Below are positions 59,221-64,000 of a stretch of 64,000 nt of DNA, one piece after another (the stretch's first letter is position 1; each line of letters opens with the position of its first letter). The notes below the pieces were generated by a model. That model was not told the origin of the DNA. It worked only from the letters and a program-made list of their open reading frames with translations, and did not search any database. Both the position numbers and the translations under genes were made by a program. Origin of the DNA: Gemmataceae bacterium (GTDB lineage Bacteria > Planctomycetota > Planctomycetia > Gemmatales > Gemmataceae); the NCBI GenBank assembly GCA_035553375.1, contig DATNCY010000318.1:698-64697 (forward strand). The letters are read 5' to 3'.

Positions 59221-61380
59221 ATGAAGTTGGACACGGAGCTTTATCGCTTGCCGCTGTGTTTTGACTCCGGCCGGCTGGCGGAAGAAGTGGCGAGCATGGA
59301 CGAGACCGCCTGGCAAAGCGTTGCACCGGACGAGTTGGGCGACGTGTCGCTGCCCCTTGTTGCCGGCCGCGCTCACCCGGCTGGCCCGCTGGCCGTGACG
59401 CCCCATCTGGAGCGCTGTCTCTATCTCCGTCAGGTACTGGCTTCCTTGACGTGCGTGCTGGGGTGGACTCGCCTGCTGCGTCTGCCGGGGCCGCAGGATG
59501 AGGGGCATGCCGGGGACATTGGCTATTACCTGTCGCAGCGGCTGGCCATCCATGTCCCCATTCACACGGTGCCCGAGGCACGCTGGATTTGCGCCGACAG
59601 GGAACACCACCTGGCGGCAGGCGAGGCCTGGGTTGTTGACACCTGGCGTCCGCATTGGCTTCACGTGCCCGACGGCCAACAATGCGTCCACCTGGTCCTG
59701 GCGACGGTGGGTTCCGATCGTTTGTGGGATCTGATGGCCGAGGGCGAACGTCCCTGTGCCCCACCGCCGCATGAAATCATGACGCCGCGTCGTCTACTGT
59801 TCCAGCCCGAAGCCATGCCGGAGTTGGAGGTGGAGCAGGTCAACTATCCGGTGGTGATGTCGCCGTGGGAACAGGCGAGTCTGATCACTCTGCTCGTGGA
59901 AGAACTGACACCCTCGCCGCAGGCCGCGGCATCCGCGATGAAGCTGGAGGCCCTTCTGGAACGATTCCATCGCCGGTGGCGCTCGTTGTGGGCGCGCTTC
60001 GGCACGGACGCTGCCGGCCATCCGGCCTATACCCAGGCCCTGGCGCAGCTGCGCGGACAACTCACGTCGTTCGCCGGTCTGCTGGAGTTGTCCAACGGCG
60101 CGGACGCCATCGCTTTCCTGGAGAACTGTATCCTGGCTCCCGCCCTGATCGAACCGCGAGAAGCCGCTCCCGCGGTGGTATCGGTTCCTCCCCTGGCGTG
60201 CCGGGAGCATCAACCCGTTGACGATGCGGTCCGAGGTGTTCGCGTGACCACGGCAAGGGATTCGCAACCCTCCATCGCTGCTGGAGCAAGCAGCGTCGCG
60301 AAGCAATCAACGGTGCCCGCCGTCGCGGTGGTCGCGCCGCGCAGCGCGTTCACCAGCAGCTTTCCCGAACTTCTGAATTCGCTCGGTATCTCGCTGCTGG
60401 TTTCGACGTACCAGGCGGGGAAATTGATTGTGGTGCGTGCGGATGGTGCCAGTCTCAACACGCACTTCCGATCCTTCCCCATGCCGATGGGCATTGCCGT
60501 GGATGGACCGCGCCTGGCGTTGGGAACCGGCGTGCAGGTCTGGCAATTTATCAACCAGCCGGAAATGGCTCGCAAGCTGGAGCCGGCTGGTAAACACGAT
60601 GCCTGCTTCGTGCCCCGCGGCAGCCATGTCACGGGCGACATTCGTATTCACGAAATTGCCTGGGCGGAACACGAACTGTGGATGGTCAACACACGCTTTT
60701 CCTGCCTGTGTACTCTGGACCCCCAATGCAGTTTTGTGCCGCGCTGGCGGCCGCCGTTCATCTCGATGTTAGCCCCGGAGGATCGCTGCCATCTCAATGG
60801 CATGACGCTGGTCGAAGGGCGGCCGCGCTACGTCACCGCCCTGGGACAAACCGACACCCCAGGCGGCTGGCGGCCCAACCGCGCGCACGGCGGCTGTTTG
60901 CTTGAGGTGCCGTCCGGAACGGTCGTTCTGGACAGGCTGTCGATGCCCCATTCACCCCGCTGGCACAATGACCGACTTTGGGTTCTTGAGTCCGGGGTGG
61001 GCGGCCTGGCGTGGCTCAACACCGCCACGGGTCGGCTTGAGACAGTGGCCTTGCTACCCGGCTTCACACGCGGCCTCGACTTCGCGGGACCTTACGCTTT
61101 TGTGGGCTTATCGCTGGTGCGCGAGTCCAGTGTTTTCGGGGGGCTGCCGCTCACCGATCGCTGCCGTGAGCGCAAGTGCGGCGTCTGGGTGGTGGATGTG
61201 CGCGATGGCCGGACGGTAGCGTTCCTTGATTTCGAGCAGGGCGTGCAGGAAATCTTTGCGGTGCAAGTCTTGCCGGGCCTGCGCTATCCTGATGTCTTGC
61301 TCCCCGACGATCCGGCCGTTGCGCACTCTTTCGTCCTCCCCGACGAGACGCTCGTGGAAGTGACATTTCCCCATGCCTGA
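59221..61380 (+). CDS. Fusion protein: cupin/aspartyl-asparaginyl beta-hydroxylase-like N-domain plus C-terminal domain of an uncharacterised conserved family (recalled as TIGR03032)
   Basis: C-terminal half GISLLVSTYQAGKLIVV..., PMGIAV, FVPRWRPPFIS, DRCHLNGM, HSPRWHNDRLWVLESG and FTRGLDF matches my memory of that family. The N-terminal half has a cupin-like GEAWVVDTWRPHW. Confidence 0.55.
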   Translation: MKLDTELYRLPLCFDSGRLAEEVASMDETAWQSVAPDELGDVSLPLVAGRAHPAGPLAVTPHLERCLYLRQVLASLTCVLGWTRLLRLPGPQDEGHAGDIGYYLSQRLAIHVPIHTVPEARWICADREHHLAAGEAWVVDTWRPHWLHVPDGQQCVHLVLATVGSDRLWDLMAEGERPCAPPPHEIMTPRRLLFQPEAMPELEVEQVNYPVVMSPWEQASLITLLVEELTPSPQAAASAMKLEALLERFHRRWRSLWARFGTDAAGHPAYTQALAQLRGQLTSFAGLLELSNGADAIAFLENCILAPALIEPREAAPAVVSVPPLACREHQPVDDAVRGVRVTTARDSQPSIAAGASSVAKQSTVPAVAVVAPRSAFTSSFPELLNSLGISLLVSTYQAGKLIVVRADGASLNTHFRSFPMPMGIAVDGPRLALGTGVQVWQFINQPEMARKLEPAGKHDACFVPRGSHVTGDIRIHEIAWAEHELWMVNTRFSCLCTLDPQCSFVPRWRPPFISMLAPEDRCHLNGMTLVEGRPRYVTALGQTDTPGGWRPNRAHGGCLLEVPSGTVVLDRLSMPHSPRWHNDRLWVLESGVGGLAWLNTATGRLETVALLPGFTRGLDFAGPYAFVGLSLVRESSVFGGLPLTDRCRERKCGVWVVDVRDGRTVAFLDFEQGVQEIFAVQVLPGLRYPDVLLPDDPAVAHSFVLPDETLVEVTFPHA

Positions 61381-61433
61381 CGAATTCCCGCCCCTTGCCA
61401 GATGGTGTAGCGCGTGTAGAATTGCTATCGGAA

Positions 61434-61463
61434 ATGGCAACCCGCTTGGAAGCGAGTTGCCAT
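61434..61463 (+). terminator. Hairpin downstream of the gene ending at 61380 (possible terminator, no clear U-tract)
   Basis: ATGGCAAC-c-CGCT tgga AGCG-a-GTTGCCAT, followed by ATTCTTGG. Confidence 0.3.
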
Positions 61464-61580
61464 ATTCTTGGCCAGTTCACTACCACCGGACCAACCATTG
61501 TTGTTCTGATTCGAGCGAGTGTAAAGACTGGCAAAACAGGTGAAGCGAAATAGTTGTAATTCCCTTCGAGTCAATTATTT

Positions 61581-61669
61581 GGAGAGGTGGCTGAGTGGCC
61601 GATAGCGCCGGTTTGCTAAACCGGTGTCGGGGTAACACCCGACCACGGGTTCGAATCCCGTCCTCTCCG
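61581..61669 (+). tRNA. tRNA-Ser (anticodon GCU), class II with long variable arm; CCA not encoded
   Basis: Acceptor GGAGAGG/CCTCTCC. Anticodon stem CCGGT/ACCGG with loop TTGCTAA. Variable stem GTCGGG/CCCGAC. T-arm ACGGG-TTCGAAT-CCCGT. Confidence 0.95.
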
Positions 61670-61759
61670 TTTTTCTTCTAATCCTCAACGACGCAAACAC
61701 TTGAAAGAGCCAGACTTGCGAAAGGCAGTTCTGGCTCCCTTCGTAGGCGTTCTGCCCAT

Positions 61760-61861
61760 TTATCCGAAAAACAGGGTCATTCTTATCCGATAGGTGGTTG
61801 TATTTTATCCGACTGACCCGTAGAATAGCTTTTTCGGATAAAATCTCCCACCTGTGGATAA
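61760..61861 (+). promoter_or_regulatory. Array of TTATCCGA boxes upstream of the integrase gene
   Basis: Direct copies at 61760, 61783 and 61805 (22-23 nt spacing). An inverted copy TCGGATAA is at 61834, and a one-mismatch inverted copy GTGGATAA at 61854, ending 10 nt before ATG 61871. Confidence 0.4.
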
Positions 61862-61870
61862 GGCGCTCCG

Positions 61871-63487
61871 ATGGCTACACTCGACCTGTCAGGGCAATAC
61901 CGGCGTGACTTGGGTTGGAAGCTCACGAGGAGCGGCAAACGGGCGCAGCAGCGTTTCTACCTGGGACGAGACAAGAATACTGCGCAGGTCAGCGAAACCC
62001 GCTTGCAAGCGTTCTGGACTGCCCTGGAAGGGTATTTCGCCAACGAGCGAAAGGGCGAATCACCCCTCTGGGAAGAGTGGAGCCTTGAGATAGCACAGGC
62101 CATCACCGATGGCAAAATGGTCATAGCTCCGCCCCCTCCTCATGCGGCGCTGGTCGCCCTCTTCCCCGACGACCCTGACATTGTTTCGGCAGCTTGGAAG
62201 GATATGCTCCTCCAGCACTTCTCCAGCGTCATCGGCTTTTCGGGCATGGTTGCTGCTGACGGCTACAAGGGACGAGGCGAGTTCGACAAGCCGAAGCCGA
62301 TCCACACCGGCCACACCTTGCATTCGGCCATCGACACCTATGTTGAGTATTTGCACCGTGTCCACAGGACAGCCGAAAACATTGTGTCGCAGACCGGCAA
62401 GAAGCAGGGCGAGCGTGCGGAGAGAATGAAGCGCCACCATCCTGACTTTCCGCTCTATGACCTGACGGCGAAGAAGATTGAAGAGATTTTGTTGTATTGG
62501 GGGAAACGACCCGTTGATGCGAAAAAAAGGCGGTATTCAAGGGATACCTGCAAGAATCAACTGATCCTCATTCGTGCCTTCCTGCGCTGGCTGCACCGGC
62601 AGTCATCCGACATGAAGTGGAAGCTGCCGCCCGACTACCTCTTCCCACGCATCAAGATTGAGTGGCTGGCATCCGAGGTTTCTGGCGAAGTCAAGAAACG
62701 CACCTTCACCATGAGTGAGGTCGGCATCCTCTGGAAGCACGCCACGCCGCTTGAACGTATCTTCATCGCTCTGGGCCTCAACTGTGGTTTCGGGGCGGCT
62801 GAAATCGGCACGCTGGCCGAAACGGAAATCAAAGGCAGCGTCATCAAACGGCTGCGTCACAAAACCAAAGTTTTTGGAGCATGGTGGCTCTACCCGATTA
62901 CTCGTGATGCCGTAGCATGGGCCAGGAAACGGAAGGAGGTCTTGGGAGTCACATCCGACTACTTGCTCGTTTCCGATTCCGGCAAGCCGTATTGTGCGGT
63001 TACAGTCGGCAACAACAACAACCAGAAAATCAGAAACTCGTGGAACCGGCTGATTAAGCGTGTACGGCAGAAGCATCCTGAGTTTCCTAGGCTATCTTTC
63101 GGCAAACTTCGGAAAACGTCGGCAAGCTGGATGAGACATGTTGGCGGCGGCGAAATGGCGAGCATCTTCATTGCTCACGGCAAGGCGACTGGCGATACCC
63201 TGCTCGATCTCTATGCCGACCGACAATTTCGCAAGTTGTTCAAGTGCCAAAAGCGAATCTGGAATAAGTTGAAGCATGTTCTGACGGGCGAGTTTCCAGA
63301 GCCGAAGTCGCACAAACCGAGGAGCAATCGACTCGAAGATGCCTTGAAGCAGCGGATTCAGAAGTTGAAGAATCAAGGGTACAAGCTTACGAAGATAGCG
63401 GAGATGACGAACAGCCCGTTGACCACAGTGCGCAGGATCGCTTCTTCTCAACCTCTGAATTCCGACGTGGATGCTGGCCAACAATAA
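61871..63487 (+). CDS. Tyrosine recombinase / phage-type integrase with C-terminal HTH-like tail
   Basis: Lies 200 nt downstream of tRNA-Ser in lower-GC DNA. Catalytic-domain-like segments RLRHKTKV, FGKLRKTSASWM, IAHG and LLDLYA (candidate R..K..H..R..H..Y positions). Tail GYKLTKIAEMTNSPLTTVRRI. Confidence 0.75.
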   Translation: MATLDLSGQYRRDLGWKLTRSGKRAQQRFYLGRDKNTAQVSETRLQAFWTALEGYFANERKGESPLWEEWSLEIAQAITDGKMVIAPPPPHAALVALFPDDPDIVSAAWKDMLLQHFSSVIGFSGMVAADGYKGRGEFDKPKPIHTGHTLHSAIDTYVEYLHRVHRTAENIVSQTGKKQGERAERMKRHHPDFPLYDLTAKKIEEILLYWGKRPVDAKKRRYSRDTCKNQLILIRAFLRWLHRQSSDMKWKLPPDYLFPRIKIEWLASEVSGEVKKRTFTMSEVGILWKHATPLERIFIALGLNCGFGAAEIGTLAETEIKGSVIKRLRHKTKVFGAWWLYPITRDAVAWARKRKEVLGVTSDYLLVSDSGKPYCAVTVGNNNNQKIRNSWNRLIKRVRQKHPEFPRLSFGKLRKTSASWMRHVGGGEMASIFIAHGKATGDTLLDLYADRQFRKLFKCQKRIWNKLKHVLTGEFPEPKSHKPRSNRLEDALKQRIQKLKNQGYKLTKIAEMTNSPLTTVRRIASSQPLNSDVDAGQQ

Positions 63488-64000
63488 CATGGCAGGTGTG
63501 AAATCCTGGGAGCAAACGGATGTTCCCGCCGCCGATTTTTTCGACTTGACCTTTCGAGAACTTTTCAGCCCCTCCAAGGCGCTGATCTGCGACTTTGCCG
63601 AGAAAAATGCAACAAGGTCTGACAAGAAAGAGGAGGTCGGCGCAGCCCCCTATACGCCCCCTCTACCTCCTCCCCTCTGAGGAAATCAAAAAAAAGATAA
63701 TTAGATTAGATAAATGCAACATTCCTGCACTGGCCTCGTCAATAGGCAGTCGCTCGGTCGTCTCGGCCAACCGCTGACCGGAATCCATGCACACCGACCG
63801 CTGCACAAAAGGATGTCCCATCAACATCATCCTCGACACGGACTGGACTCTCTGAGCTTGCTTTCGCTTGCGGGGCCGCAGGTCGGCCAATCTGCACTGA
63901 CCGGGGCTTCTATCTCGTCGGCGACTGCCCGCAGCTTTGCGGCGAGCAGCTTTTGCCCCTTCTGTTCCGCCTCTAAAGCAAGGTTGCGTACTTGTGTGAT

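Larger units (their letters stand above)
61581..64000 (+). mobile_element. Left end of a putative integrative element (genomic island) inserted at tRNA-Ser(GCU); right end outside window
   Basis: tRNA gene, then integrase, with a visible drop in GC and a change of codon style after 61.4 kb. No second att repeat is visible because the window ends. Confidence 0.5.

Noticed and set aside
63663-64000. Two overlapping open frames on the minus strand at the window edge, including track ORF 63663-63890, and the plus-strand ORF 63471-63680.
   Set aside because: One frame is Arg-rich and looks spurious. The other (…LALEAEQKGQKLLAAKLRAVADEIE…) is truncated by the window end. No motif allows a choice, so both are left unannotated.

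Overview
All calls were made by eye from the sequence and the supplied ORF track; no searches or computations were run. The window is a GC-rich chromosomal segment, most likely from a Planctomycetota genome, possibly Gemmataceae-like. The supporting clues are a PSCyt1-type CxxCH domain fused to WD40 repeats, PPC-domain secreted proteins, an N-terminal LExLExR motif on a beta-helix protein, and eukaryote-like Ser/Thr kinases.

I support about 47 protein genes. Housekeeping genes are pdxA (partial), mtnA, pyrG, kdsB, alaS, metK, coaD, argS and rsfS.

Three gene clusters stand out:
- A respiratory operon at 5.3-15 kb: Rieske protein, split cytochrome b, a 1582-aa cytochrome c with eight CXXCH motifs, and two paralogous cupredoxin-like proteins.
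- A cluster at 43-51 kb of secreted peptidase-like proteins followed by an inactive-transglutaminase-7TM gene and an alpha-L-glutamate-ligase-like ATP-grasp gene.
- An NRDE(TANGO2-like)-cytochrome P450 pair at 53-55 kb.

tRNA-Ser(GCU) at 61.58 kb is followed by a tyrosine integrase in visibly lower-GC DNA. This looks like the left edge of an integrative element that continues beyond the window.

The most unusual property is in the non-coding DNA. Almost every intergenic gap holds a strong palindrome. These fall into at least four families:
- An 11-copy REP-like family (CCAGCCCGCAGCGCCAGCAAGGG / CCCTTGCTGGCGCTGCGGGCTGG).
- A GTTTACGTTTCGC family.
- GGGGAGAGGGG-type elements.
- Hairpins and arrays built from tandem 7-9 nt units. 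Two of these sit exactly between a stop codon and the next ribosome-binding site inside operons, one overlaps a gene 3' end, and one is inserted in frame in a coding region.

No CRISPR array, rRNA or recognisable defence system was seen. Many long ORFs in the track are antisense or out-of-frame artefacts of high GC.
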